The position numbers and the translations under genes are program-made. The notes under the pieces were generated by a model. It worked only from the letters and a program-made list of their open reading frames with translations, searched no databases and was not told where the DNA came from. 64,000 nucleotides of DNA from NCBI GenBank assembly GCA_049967595.1, contig JBMFSK010000001.1, positions 543 to 64,542 on the forward strand, given 5' to 3'. Position 1 is the first letter of the stretch, and every line of letters starts with the position of its first letter. Source of the stretch: Thermoplasmata archaeon. Its GTDB lineage: Archaea > Thermoplasmatota > Thermoplasmata > Thermoplasmatales > ARK-15. Below are positions 19,498-29,454 of the stretch, in pieces.

Positions 19498-19926
19498 ATG
19501 CAATATCGCTTTCTATCAATAAAAGATTATAGTAAGATTGTTGAGTTATGGAAAAAGGCTGGTCTTAAATTTAATCCTGATGGAAGGGATAACGAAAGAG
19601 CCATTTCTGAACAAATGATAAAACAGCCTAATATGTTTTTAGGGGCGTTTGATAATGAAAAGCTGGTAGGTATTGCCCTTCTAACCGATGATGGAAGAAA
19701 GGGATGGATAAATAGGCTTGCGGTTGATCCTGAATACAGAAGAAAAGGCGTGGCTAAGGAACTAATAAGAAGGGCGGAAGAATTGTTCAGGAGCAGGGGG
19801 ATCTTCCTTTTTGCAGCTTTGATTGAGGATTGGAATACCCCTTCACAAACTCTCTTCGAAAAGATAGGATATAAAAAACATAGCGATATTTATTATTTCT
19901 CTAAGAGGGATTTTGATGAATACTAA
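19498..19926 (+). CDS. GNAT-family N-acetyltransferase
   Basis: 'RLAVDPEYRRKGVAKELIRRAE' acetyl-CoA binding motif A. Confidence 0.8.
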   Translation: MQYRFLSIKDYSKIVELWKKAGLKFNPDGRDNERAISEQMIKQPNMFLGAFDNEKLVGIALLTDDGRKGWINRLAVDPEYRRKGVAKELIRRAEELFRSRGIFLFAALIEDWNTPSQTLFEKIGYKKHSDIYYFSKRDFDEY

Positions 19927-20767
19927 TGAATTAAGAGAAATTAATCTTAAAGCCAATGAAATTAGAACATTGTCAATTAAAATGATCTACAATGCACAAT
20001 CTGGACATCCGGGCGGATCCCTTTCATCTGCAGAAATATTTGCAACGCTTTATTTTAAGGTTTTAAATATAGATCCAAAAAATCCTGAATGGGAAAAAAG
20101 AGATAGATTTGTTTTGAGTAAAGGACATGCATCTGCAGCATATTATGCTACCCTTGCATTGAAAGGTTTTATTTCAATAGATGAACTATTCACATTCAGA
20201 AAAATAAATTCACTTCTTCAGGGTCATCCTACAATACATATACCTGGTGTAGATATGACTACAGGCTCTCTCGGTCAGGGATTCAGTGCTGCACTAGGAA
20301 TGGCCATTGCAGCAAAAATTGATAATGCTGGTTATAATGTTTTTGTTCTTCTTGGAGATGGCGAAATGGATGAGGGTATTGTTTGGGAGGCTGCATTGAA
20401 TGCTTCACACCGCAGGTTGGATAATCTGATTGCAATCTTAGATAAAAACAGGTATCAGCTGGATGGATCAACTGAAAGCATACTTTCCCTTGGAAACATC
20501 GAATCTAAATTCAGGTCATTTGATTGGGAAGTTTATTCTATAGATGGTCATGATATCATTCAAATATTAGATGCAATAAGATCATCTAAGAACAATAATG
20601 GAAAACCGAAGATGATCATTGCTAATACAGTGAAAGGTAAAGGTGTGTCTTTCATGGAAAATACACACGAATTTCATGGAAAAGCACCTAACAAAGAACA
20701 ATATGAACAAGCATTGAAAGAACTGGAACTTGAGAAAGAAAAAATTTTAAAGGAAGGATATTTATGA
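19913..20767 (+). CDS. transketolase, N-terminal (TPP-binding) subunit
   Basis: 'SGHPGGSLS', 'LSKGHAS', 'GSLGQG', 'LLGDGEMDEG'. Confidence 0.9.
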   Translation: MMNTNELREINLKANEIRTLSIKMIYNAQSGHPGGSLSSAEIFATLYFKVLNIDPKNPEWEKRDRFVLSKGHASAAYYATLALKGFISIDELFTFRKINSLLQGHPTIHIPGVDMTTGSLGQGFSAALGMAIAAKIDNAGYNVFVLLGDGEMDEGIVWEAALNASHRRLDNLIAILDKNRYQLDGSTESILSLGNIESKFRSFDWEVYSIDGHDIIQILDAIRSSKNNNGKPKMIIANTVKGKGVSFMENTHEFHGKAPNKEQYEQALKELELEKEKILKEGYL

Positions 20768-21684
20768 TGGAGAGCCAAAGGGTAGCATATGGTGAAGTTA
20801 TTGCTGATCTAGGCAAAGACGAAAGGATAGTGGTTCTTGACGCCGATCTTTCATCTAGCACACATACCATAATGTTTGCAAAAAAATTCCCAAATAGATT
20901 TTTCAACATGGGTATTCAGGAACAAAATGAAGTGGGTGTTGCTGCTGGATTGGCAAGATCTGGTAAAATAGTATTTGCAAGCTCCTTTGCAGTCTTCATT
21001 GTAGGCAGGGCTTATGACATTATTAGACAGAGCATTGCGTACACAAATGTAAATGTAAAAATTGTCGCAACACATGCTGGCCTTACGGTTGGCGAAGATG
21101 GTGCTACACACCAGATGCTCGAGGACATCGGCATAATGTCCGGGTTGCCAAATTTTAGAGTAATAGCCCCTGGAGATGCTGCAGAAACAAAAAGGGTGAT
21201 AAAGAAAATTGCATACACCGAAGGCCCTTTTTATGTACGTTTATCAAGAGAAAAAGTGCCTACTCTGCTTGAAAATTTTGATTTTGAGATAGGAAAGGGT
21301 CTTGTCGTTAAGGAAGGTGATGATTTAACAATAATTTCAACAGGCATAACACTAAGCATTGCAATCGATGCTGCAAATGATCTTGATAAAAAAGGTATAA
21401 AAGCAGGCGTGTTACATCTACCAACTCTGAAACCTATTGATAGAGATTTGATTTTGAAGTTTGCTGGAAAAACACATAGAATAATAACAATAGAGGAACA
21501 TTCAATTTATAACGGCCTCGGATCAAGAGTAGCAGAAGTTCTGTCTGAAAATGGAGGCGCAAAATTAAAAAGGATAGCAATCATGGACCAATTTGGAGAG
21601 AGTGGTCCTGGTTGGGACCTGCTGGAAAAATATGGCATTAGCAAAAAAAATTTAATAGAAAACGCGGAGAAAATAATGAGGTGA
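20764..21684 (+). CDS. transketolase, C-terminal (pyrimidine-binding) subunit
   Basis: 'GIQEQNEVGVAAGLA', 'THAGLTVGEDGATHQ'. ATGA-type overlap with the N-terminal subunit. Confidence 0.9.
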   Translation: MMESQRVAYGEVIADLGKDERIVVLDADLSSSTHTIMFAKKFPNRFFNMGIQEQNEVGVAAGLARSGKIVFASSFAVFIVGRAYDIIRQSIAYTNVNVKIVATHAGLTVGEDGATHQMLEDIGIMSGLPNFRVIAPGDAAETKRVIKKIAYTEGPFYVRLSREKVPTLLENFDFEIGKGLVVKEGDDLTIISTGITLSIAIDAANDLDKKGIKAGVLHLPTLKPIDRDLILKFAGKTHRIITIEEHSIYNGLGSRVAEVLSENGGAKLKRIAIMDQFGESGPGWDLLEKYGISKKNLIENAEKIMR

Positions 21685-21689
21685 ATTAA

Positions 21690-22340
21690 ATGAAAATATT
21701 TCTTGATACGGCAAATATTTCGGAAATTAGAAAAGCGCTAGACTTGGGAATTTTGGATGGCGTTACAACAAATCCTACATTAATTGCCAAGGAAGCCTCA
21801 CACGGAACTTTCAAGGAAATTGTTTCTGAAATACTGAAAGAAGTTCCGGGACCAGTAAGCCTTGAAGTAACGTCTCTAGATTCCAAAGGAATGATAGAAG
21901 AGGCAGTTGAATTAGCAAAACTAGGTGAAAATGCAGTGATAAAAATTCCACTTACAGCAGAAGGTCTTAAGGCTATAAGAGCACTAAAGCAAAAAGGCAT
22001 AAAAACAAATGCAACATTGATATTTACTAGTAACCAAGGTCTGCTAGCAGCTAAGGCAGGAGCCTCTTATGTCTCTCCATTTGTTGGAAGACTTGATGAC
22101 ATCAGTGAATATGGTATGAAAATAGTGGACGATCTTAAAACAGTGTTCAGAAATTATAACTATTCTGCAGAAATCATTGTAGCGAGCATTAGACATCCAA
22201 TGCATGTTTATGAAGCATCCCTCCTTGGAGCTGATATAGTTACATTGCCCTACCAGGTTCTGGAAAAACTTATAATTCATCCTAAAACAGATGAAGGTAT
22301 TAAAAGATTCCTTGAGGACTGGAAAAAGGTAAAAAAATAA
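21690..22340 (+). CDS. tal: transaldolase (short TalC/Fsa type)
   Basis: '[13 protein letters not shown]', 'GVTTNPTL', '[12 protein letters not shown]', 'NATLIF', 'SPFVGRLDD'. SD AGGTGA lies 5 nt upstream. Confidence 0.9.
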   Translation: MKIFLDTANISEIRKALDLGILDGVTTNPTLIAKEASHGTFKEIVSEILKEVPGPVSLEVTSLDSKGMIEEAVELAKLGENAVIKIPLTAEGLKAIRALKQKGIKTNATLIFTSNQGLLAAKAGASYVSPFVGRLDDISEYGMKIVDDLKTVFRNYNYSAEIIVASIRHPMHVYEASLLGADIVTLPYQVLEKLIIHPKTDEGIKRFLEDWKKVKK

Positions 22341-22341
22341 A

Positions 22342-25071
22342 CTATTTGGATATATATATTGATGGCTTTCCTGGAATAGCCATGTTTTTCTTTTTTCCTG
22401 GGTCATCTTCGCTATCTATGTATATTATTGCGCCCGTTTCCTTTTCAAGGTAGTTTTTGGCGTTCATCAATGCCTCTCTCTCATTTATGTTGCAATTCTC
22501 GAAAAGCCTTTGGGAAATTACCTGTTTGAGAATATTGATCTCTTCCTTTCCCTTTGCTTCCTTAAAAGCAAGATTCTTGTCCTTTTTTGCAAGCTCGACC
22601 AGTTTCCTTGTTCTATCACCGGCTGTATAAATGTAAATTTTTTTAGGGGCTATGCCTAATACATCAAGAATGTTTTTTATATCAGCAAGAACGTTTTCTA
22701 CATAATCAACTTCTTCAATGATTTTTTTGTTAATTTCCTTCTTTTCTGAAAATTTCTCAAGAGAAATGAATGTGTTTTTGCCGAGAGAATGCCAGTATTC
22801 TTCACATGTATGCGGTATAAAGGGTGCTAGAGATTTTAACCAATCAGGTAAAATGCTCTTTAACACCATTCTAGCCCTTTCAGGACTTTCCCTTTTTTCG
22901 TAGTACTTTATATCGTTTAGAAAGTTATAGAAAAGCTCAATAATAGCATCCCTAAACCTGTAATTTTCCATGGCGTCAGCTGCAGCGTTAAATCTCATCC
23001 AGAACTTGTTTATAAGGTATAGATCCATCTCTTTCAAATCTTCTGATTGCGGAGATTTAATTGTTTCCTCTACTATCTGGTCAAATTTTTCGAGTTTCTT
23101 TTCAAGAGATTTTACTTCTGCTTCTCTCCAATCTAGAACCGTATCGTAATCTGCAGTGGACACTATGTAAAGCCTGAACAAATCCGCTGAATATTTTTCT
23201 GCAATCTTAGCAAGAGGAATAACATTTCCTTTCGATTTAGACATCTTTGCCCCTTCGCTTATAAGCATACCAAGTATCATCAGACCACCGGGCTGAAACT
23301 TTTCTTGAAATATTGCTGTGTGATGAAAAAGGAAGAAGATAAAGTGGTTGCTGGTATGTGCAGTTGAAGATACCCTAAGATCGTTAGGATACCAATACTC
23401 GAAATTTTTCCTAAGTTCTTTTTCAATACTTTTCCTAGCTTCACCTTCCCCCAGGAAAATATAATCGAAGAATTTTTCATCAAGTTCTTCAGGGTCAAGA
23501 CCGCTTTCCCTAATTTTATTTATTATTGTATAGAAAGCGGTGTAAATAGTGCTGTCTGAAAGAGATTCGATTATCCAGCCTTTTTCAAATGGAAAAGGTG
23601 TTCCAAGACCCCTTCTCCTTACGCAGGGTCTTTCCCTAAGCCAGTCCGCAACATCATGGAATTTTTCCCTGTATGTTGCAGGATAAAAGTTCATTCTATT
23701 TATGAGAGAATGGGTCTTTTCTTTCCATTCCATGTTTGAATAATCTATGAACCACTGACCCTTTACTATTGCAACTATCACCTTATTTCCGGATCTTGTA
23801 ACTGCTTTTCTAGAAGTTTCATAAAATTTTATAGCAAGTTTGCTCGAAATTGCCCATTCCCTCACCTGATCTTTAATGTCCTTTACCATCTTTCCTGAGA
23901 ACTGGCCACAGTTGTTGAGCATAATGCCATTGTAGAATTCCTCCTTATAAAGGAATTCTGTTGCCTCTTCAAGTTTTTTATCATTCTGGTCTTTTATTTC
24001 GAATTTTTCACAAATATCTTTTGCTGGTATTTTTCCAAAACCATCTATCCTGATAACAGGAATTGGCTCTATATAAGAATTTATGTCTTTTAGGGCAGTG
24101 AAATCATACGGCGCATGTGCTGGTACAGATTTGACAAATCCTGTGGCATTATCAGAATCAACAAACGTTGCCGGAAGGATTGGAATCACTCTGTTGTTCA
24201 CTAATTCTGTTACAGTTTTGTTTAAGAAATAATCCCCTTTGTATTTCTTAATTATCTCAACATTTCCTATCTGGTAGTTGAGCTTTTCAGCTGCAAATGT
24301 GCTAATATAATAAATTTCATTTCCATGTTTGATTTTTACATATTCGGCCTCTGGATTCACCCATATATTTGTTACGCCAAAAATTGTTTCAGGTCTCAGA
24401 GTGCCTGCAAGTATGAATCCATCTTCAAACCTGAATTTCATAGCAGTAAATTCAACTATGCTTACTTTGTCTGTATCTCCATCCTTTATGTCATCCTCAC
24501 CAACAGGATTGCCATCAGCAATGCTATAAGTAATGGGATAATCACCTTTTTTGAGGTACCCCTTTTCATAAAGTTTACTATACTGCCATTCCACAAACTT
24601 ATTGTAGTAAGGTTCAGCAGTGTTAAATTTCCTTCTCCAGTCTATTGAATATCCTATAGATTCAAAATCTTTCTGAATTTTTTCAGCAAAATAGTATGCT
24701 ATGTTTTCTGGAACCTCAAAGCTTTTTAATAATTGCTCAATCTTTACTTTATCATTTTCATAAAGGTTAAGGTAATCGCGGTAAAGTTCGATTACATCCT
24801 TATTCTTGCTTTTTATGCTATCCGCTATTGTCAATATAGGTGTTCCTGTGACGTGAAATGCCATAGGGAAAAGAACATTGTATCCCATCATCCTTTTGTA
24901 TCTTGCAATTATATCACCATAAGTGTAAGTTCTACCATGCCCAACATGAAGCGCACCGTTTGAATATGGATATGGCACAGTTAGAAAAAATTTTTTTCCA
25001 TTAATATTAGGTTCGAAAACATGATTTTCCATCCAGAGATTCTGCCATTTTTTTTCAATTTCAGTTTTCAT
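22342..25071 (-). CDS. leuS: leucyl-tRNA synthetase (archaeal type)
   Basis: 'PYPYSNGALHVGH' (HIGH), 'FHVTGTPI', 'KMSKSKGN' (KMSKS). Confidence 0.95.
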   Translation of the reverse strand: MKTEIEKKWQNLWMENHVFEPNINGKKFFLTVPYPYSNGALHVGHGRTYTYGDIIARYKRMMGYNVLFPMAFHVTGTPILTIADSIKSKNKDVIELYRDYLNLYENDKVKIEQLLKSFEVPENIAYYFAEKIQKDFESIGYSIDWRRKFNTAEPYYNKFVEWQYSKLYEKGYLKKGDYPITYSIADGNPVGEDDIKDGDTDKVSIVEFTAMKFRFEDGFILAGTLRPETIFGVTNIWVNPEAEYVKIKHGNEIYYISTFAAEKLNYQIGNVEIIKKYKGDYFLNKTVTELVNNRVIPILPATFVDSDNATGFVKSVPAHAPYDFTALKDINSYIEPIPVIRIDGFGKIPAKDICEKFEIKDQNDKKLEEATEFLYKEEFYNGIMLNNCGQFSGKMVKDIKDQVREWAISSKLAIKFYETSRKAVTRSGNKVIVAIVKGQWFIDYSNMEWKEKTHSLINRMNFYPATYREKFHDVADWLRERPCVRRRGLGTPFPFEKGWIIESLSDSTIYTAFYTIINKIRESGLDPEELDEKFFDYIFLGEGEARKSIEKELRKNFEYWYPNDLRVSSTAHTSNHFIFFLFHHTAIFQEKFQPGGLMILGMLISEGAKMSKSKGNVIPLAKIAEKYSADLFRLYIVSTADYDTVLDWREAEVKSLEKKLEKFDQIVEETIKSPQSEDLKEMDLYLINKFWMRFNAAADAMENYRFRDAIIELFYNFLNDIKYYEKRESPERARMVLKSILPDWLKSLAPFIPHTCEEYWHSLGKNTFISLEKFSEKKEINKKIIEEVDYVENVLADIKNILDVLGIAPKKIYIYTAGDRTRKLVELAKKDKNLAFKEAKGKEEINILKQVISQRLFENCNINEREALMNAKNYLEKETGAIIYIDSEDDPGKKKNMAIPGKPSIYISK

Positions 25072-25200
25072 TTGAAATCTTTAATGATTAAATGGATTAA
25101 ATATTTTTTGAAGGCATATTTTTATTGAAATTTAATGTTTAAAAATTTTGCATTTTAAATGTGAAAAGAATTTATACCACAATTGTTATAACAAAAGATA

Positions 25201-26148
25201 ATGGACAGAAAATTGAGAGCAATGAAATGGTTCTTTGAAACTCTGTCAAGTAGCGATTACGAAAGACCTGTTTATGGTTCGTATAAACTACTTCACCAAT
25301 GCAATTTAAAATGCCCATTCTGCAATGTTTGGAGTGATCCGATGAAACCACTCGATACAAATGGTGTTCTCAAAGTCATAGATAGGCTATCAGATTCAAC
25401 TATTACTGTTCTATCACTTGAGGGAGGAGAGCCTTTACTTAGAAAAGATATTCTGAAAATAATCAAGCACGCACATGACAGATCATTTTATTTATTTATG
25501 ACTACAAATGGAATTTTGCTTGATAGAGCACCTTTAAAAGAATTTTCAAAGTATCTGGATTTCCTTCATATTTCGATTGATGAAGGCCATGGTAACCTTT
25601 TCCTTTTGGACAAACTAAAAGGTTATGTGGACCAAGGTTTAAAAATAACTGTTCAAACTGTGGTAACAAAAAATGACATTTCTTCGCTCAGGGAAAAAGT
25701 TGAAAAGATAAACGCTGCAGGTGCAAGAATACTTATTATGCCAGCAGTTCATTTTGACAACACACCTGATCTTTCACCCGATAGAAAAACCATGCATGAT
25801 GTTTTGGTGGATCTAAAAAATGAGTTTGATGGTGTTATAGTTACAAGCAATGCATTCATAAAAGCCTTGGAAAACCATTATACATGCAATTCTTTCAGCG
25901 TTTCGATAGAATCAAACGGTGATGTAATCTATCCATGCAGCGTTATAGGAAAATCTATTGGTAATTTACTAGAAAATGATCTTGAAACTTTACTCAGGGG
26001 TGAGAAGGCCGAGCAGGGAAGAAAGGAAATGGCATCCTGCAAAAGGGAATGCCTCCTTTACCTGCATGCTGAAACATCTAATTTCCATCAAATTTCCAAT
26101 CTTCTGGATTATGTGGGAGAAACGGTCAAAGGCTATTTCTTCAGGTGA
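25201..26148 (+). CDS. radical SAM protein of unknown function
   Basis: 'CNLKCPFCNVW' CxxxCxxC, 'SLEGGEPLL' SAM-binding GGE motif, C-terminal Cys residues ('YPCSV', 'SCKRECLL'). Confidence 0.75.
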   Translation: MDRKLRAMKWFFETLSSSDYERPVYGSYKLLHQCNLKCPFCNVWSDPMKPLDTNGVLKVIDRLSDSTITVLSLEGGEPLLRKDILKIIKHAHDRSFYLFMTTNGILLDRAPLKEFSKYLDFLHISIDEGHGNLFLLDKLKGYVDQGLKITVQTVVTKNDISSLREKVEKINAAGARILIMPAVHFDNTPDLSPDRKTMHDVLVDLKNEFDGVIVTSNAFIKALENHYTCNSFSVSIESNGDVIYPCSVIGKSIGNLLENDLETLLRGEKAEQGRKEMASCKRECLLYLHAETSNFHQISNLLDYVGETVKGYFFR

Positions 26149-26791
26149 CTGTTGTTTCTATTCTTTCCCTTCCTTTGCCCGGTTTTTTTCCTTTTTGTAT
26201 TTTTACTTTTCCTATTTCTAATGTGTTTTTTACATGTGTTCCAGCACATTTGGTTTTTATAAATTTTGATTCCCAATGCCTTATACCATTTTCATCAATC
26301 CATATGTTTATTGGATTATTTTCTTCCAAGAAAGCATTCACCTGATTTTCCACATTTTTTATTCTTTCAACTTCAAGAGGTTTATCTGTTAAAAAATCCG
26401 TCCTATCTTTGAATTCATCGACCATCCCTGATGAATATGTTTTTATATCTTTGAACTCCAAAAGCATAAAATATTCGACAATGTGGGAAGCAGAATGATT
26501 TCTCATAATCTTGTACCTTCTTTCCCAATCAATTTCACCAGAAACCTTTTCTCCAATTGTAAAATTTTTGTTCATAACTATGTGAAATATCGTTTCATCC
26601 TCCTTTATTGTATCAGTTACTCTTATATTCTTTAAGAAACCGGTATCGCCTACCTGTCCTCCACCTCTTGGATAAAATACTGTTCGATCAAGCTCTATTA
26701 AATTATCTTTTATTGAAATTACAATAGCATCGAAAGATTTTAGGTATGAATCTTTCCAGTACAATTTTTCAGTTATCATAAGATAAACCAC
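26141..26791 (-). CDS. alaX: AlaX-M-like alanyl-tRNA trans-editing protein (Thr/Ala-tRNA synthetase second additional domain)
   Basis: N-terminal 'YWKDSYLKSFDAIV', Zn motifs 'HSASH' (HxxxH) and 'CAGTH' (CxxxH). Confidence 0.8.
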   Translation of the reverse strand: MVYLMITEKLYWKDSYLKSFDAIVISIKDNLIELDRTVFYPRGGGQVGDTGFLKNIRVTDTIKEDETIFHIVMNKNFTIGEKVSGEIDWERRYKIMRNHSASHIVEYFMLLEFKDIKTYSSGMVDEFKDRTDFLTDKPLEVERIKNVENQVNAFLEENNPINIWIDENGIRHWESKFIKTKCAGTHVKNTLEIGKVKIQKGKKPGKGRERIETTVT

Positions 26792-26845
26792 ACCTATGCT
26801 GAACTTTTGAACTTTTTTGCTCTTGTTTCATTAAATCCTTCATAG

Positions 26846-26930
26846 TGCGGAGGGGGAGATTTGAACTCCCGAATCCCTTCAGAACGAGACCCTGAATCTC
26901 GCACCTTTGACCAGGCTCGGTAACCTCCGC
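26846..26930 (-). tRNA. tRNA-Leu (anticodon CAG), class II with long variable arm, no encoded CCA, no intron
   Basis: The reverse complement folds as GCGGAGG/CCTCCGC acceptor, anticodon stem CGAGA/TCTCG with loop TTCAGGG (CAG, G37), about 14-nt variable arm, and T-arm GGGAG-TTCAAAT-CTCCC. Length 85 nt. Confidence 0.9.
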
Positions 26931-26935
26931 TTTTA

Positions 26936-27499
26936 TTAAAGAGATTTCAAAAGATCCGATTTTGTAATTATGCCGGTGATCCTACCCTTATTCACTACAA
27001 GCAATGCCTGATATTGCTTAAGAAGATAAGAAATCACCTTTATTGGTGTGCTTTCTGAAATTTGAGGAAAAGGATCCTCCATTACATCTGAAACAAACAT
27101 TTTTTTAAGATCTTTTGTTGTTTTTCCATTTGCTATATTCTGCCCGATTTTGCTGTCCGTAATGCTTCCTACAATAATACCATTATCTATAACTGGCAAC
27201 TGTGAAAAGCCATAATCCAAAAGCAATTTCATTGCTTTTTCAAGTGTATCAGTGCTACTTACTGAATAAACATTTTTTGACATTATTTCACTTGCTTTCA
27301 GCATCGATCCCTCTTTTTTTGATATCTCATTTTCAAGAACATTGAAAATTTTTTTTATGTTATCATATGTAGGATTAAGATCACCGTTTTCCAATCTTGC
27401 TATATATGATTGACTAAGACCCGTTATTTCGGCAAGTTCTTTTTGTGTTAATTCCGCCCTTTTTCTAAGATTTTTTATATCCTGTATACTCGGTAACAT
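26936..27499 (-). CDS. XRE-type HTH transcription regulator with CBS-domain pair
   Basis: 'LTQKELAEITGLSQSYIARLENG' HTH, followed by two CBS repeats ('IMSKNVYSVS...', 'VMEDPFPQIS...'). Confidence 0.85.
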   Translation of the reverse strand: MLPSIQDIKNLRKRAELTQKELAEITGLSQSYIARLENGDLNPTYDNIKKIFNVLENEISKKEGSMLKASEIMSKNVYSVSSTDTLEKAMKLLLDYGFSQLPVIDNGIIVGSITDSKIGQNIANGKTTKDLKKMFVSDVMEDPFPQISESTPIKVISYLLKQYQALLVVNKGRITGIITKSDLLKSL

Positions 27500-27562
27500 T
27501 TGATAATCCAGAATATTTAATGATATTTAAATTTTGAACATTTAGTAAAATATATAAGATAA

Positions 27563-28198
27563 ATGTTAATGTCTGCATCCATGGTAGATATATTCGAATA
27601 TGATGCTTTACTTAAAAGGGCAAGGGAACACATTCCACCTATTATATATTCAGATGACAGGTTCAAACTTCCAGAAGCTGAAATTACGATAGAAGGGAAG
27701 AATACTATTTTCAGAAATTTTGGTGAGTTTTGTGAAAAACTTGACCGGGACCCGCAGCATTTGTCGAAATTCCTTTTTAGAGAGCTTGGAACAGCAGGCA
27801 CAATTCAGGGCGAAAGACTTGTATTTAAGGGAAAAGTTTCATTATCTGATATTAAAGACAGAATTAACCAATATCTTAGAACGTACGTTATTTGCTATGA
27901 GTGCGGAAGCCCAGATACGATCTTGAAGAAAGAAGATAGGATAGAAATTCTTGTATGCAAAGCATGTGGCGCAACAAGACCTGTTACCGCACACGTGGAA
28001 ATAAAAGTGCAGGAAGAGAAAATAGAGGAAGGCAAAACTTACGAGTTGGAAATAATAGATGTAAGTAAGGATGGAGATGGAATTGCAAAAAAAAGCAATT
28101 TCACGATTTACATACCTAAGGCAAAAAAAGGCCAGAAAGTAAGGGTAAAGATTGAAAAGATAAAAAAGGACATTGCATTCGGCAGTATTGTTCCCTGA
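27563..28198 (+). CDS. eif2b: translation initiation factor aIF2 beta subunit with C-terminal TRAM domain
   Basis: The aIF2-beta core is 'TIFRNFGEFCEKLDRDPQHLSKFLFRELGTAG' plus zinc ribbon 'CYECGSPDT...CKACGA'. The last 60 aa or so, 'GKTYELEIIDVSKDGDGIAKKSNFTIYIPKAKKGQKVRVKIEKIKKDIAFG', match the TRAM pattern. Confidence 0.85.
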   Translation: MLMSASMVDIFEYDALLKRAREHIPPIIYSDDRFKLPEAEITIEGKNTIFRNFGEFCEKLDRDPQHLSKFLFRELGTAGTIQGERLVFKGKVSLSDIKDRINQYLRTYVICYECGSPDTILKKEDRIEILVCKACGATRPVTAHVEIKVQEEKIEEGKTYELEIIDVSKDGDGIAKKSNFTIYIPKAKKGQKVRVKIEKIKKDIAFGSIVP

Positions 28199-29454
28199 TG
28201 GTGATAAAAATGAAAGATCTTTCTTTGCTTATAAAAAGGGAAATAAATAGTCCTTCACCAATAAGAGAAATAATGAAAATGGCAGAGCCACAGAACATAA
28301 TAAATATGGGCCTTAATCCAGATGATGTTATATCTTTTGGAGGCGGCTGGGTGGATCATTATGCACCTGATGATCTTATAAAGGCATATTATTCAATAAT
28401 TTCAGATAAAATTTTATTTCACAAATCAGGAGGTTATTCACCCACTTCGGGTTTTAATGAAGCTAAGGAATCCATTGCAATGTATGAAAAATACCTTTTT
28501 AACGAAAATCTAAACATAGAGAATATCATAGTAGGCGGTAGCAGTTCCCAGCTTACAATAGACCTTTTTAGAGTTCTTCTTGATCCAAAGGATTCCATTG
28601 CTCTTGTGGATCCAACATATGCAAATTATTTCGGACAAATAAAATTCGTATCTGATTCTATAAAAGTAAAAACAATAAGTTTTCTGGACGAAAACTGGGA
28701 ATACCTGAAGAACAAAAAAGATATTCTTTCAGAAATTAATGAGATTTTTAAGGATCAAAAGTTAAAAGCTATGCTGATAGCATCACCTGATAACCCTACG
28801 AGCCAAATAATACCAAACAATTTTATCAATGATGTGATTAAGATTTCCATGGATACTGGAACATATCTGATTTTTGATTATGCATATAAAACACATTATT
28901 TTGATAATGAATTTCCAGATTATTTTTCTCTTTCCCCTAGTGATAATGAAAACATAATAACAATGAATTCAAACAGTAAATGGGACAGAGGCCTAGGAAG
29001 AAGAATGGGCTGGATTGAAGCAAATACAGAAATAATAAGATCTATGGAAAGGATGCAGCAGGCATCAATTCTATGCCCTGATTCTCTTCATCAAATGGCC
29101 TTTACAGAATACATGAAAAATACCACTAGAAGTGATTTAAAAAAATACATTGATAGTGTAAGAAATGATTACAGAAAAGCTGCCGGTCTAACAATAAAAG
29201 CAATCAGAGAACATCTTGGTTTCAAATATTTAGAGCCGCAGGGAGGCCTTTATGTTGCAGTAAATGTTGAAACTGATTCTGATTCTTTTGTTTTGAATGT
29301 ATTAAAAAATACTGGTGTAATCTTTGTTCCTGGAAAGGGCTTTGGTAGTTCAATGGCAAATGGAATTAGAATATCCTATGGTCCACTCGTTAGATCAATG
29401 GATAAAATAGAAGAAGGATTGAGCAGGGTGGGAAAATTCCTGCATGGCAAATGA
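28198..29454 (+). CDS. class I/II PLP-dependent aminotransferase
   Basis: 'PDNPTSQ', 'FDYAY', PLP-lysine motif 'NSNSKWDRGLGRRMGW'. Confidence 0.8.
   Translation: MVIKMKDLSLLIKREINSPSPIREIMKMAEPQNIINMGLNPDDVISFGGGWVDHYAPDDLIKAYYSIISDKILFHKSGGYSPTSGFNEAKESIAMYEKYLFNENLNIENIIVGGSSSQLTIDLFRVLLDPKDSIALVDPTYANYFGQIKFVSDSIKVKTISFLDENWEYLKNKKDILSEINEIFKDQKLKAMLIASPDNPTSQIIPNNFINDVIKISMDTGTYLIFDYAYKTHYFDNEFPDYFSLSPSDNENIITMNSNSKWDRGLGRRMGWIEANTEIIRSMERMQQASILCPDSLHQMAFTEYMKNTTRSDLKKYIDSVRNDYRKAAGLTIKAIREHLGFKYLEPQGGLYVAVNVETDSDSFVLNVLKNTGVIFVPGKGFGSSMANGIRISYGPLVRSMDKIEEGLSRVGKFLHGK

Noticed and set aside
27517-27801. 94-aa minus-strand ORF
   Set aside because: It is antisense to the 5' part of the aIF2-beta gene and spans its promoter. 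No motif is present.
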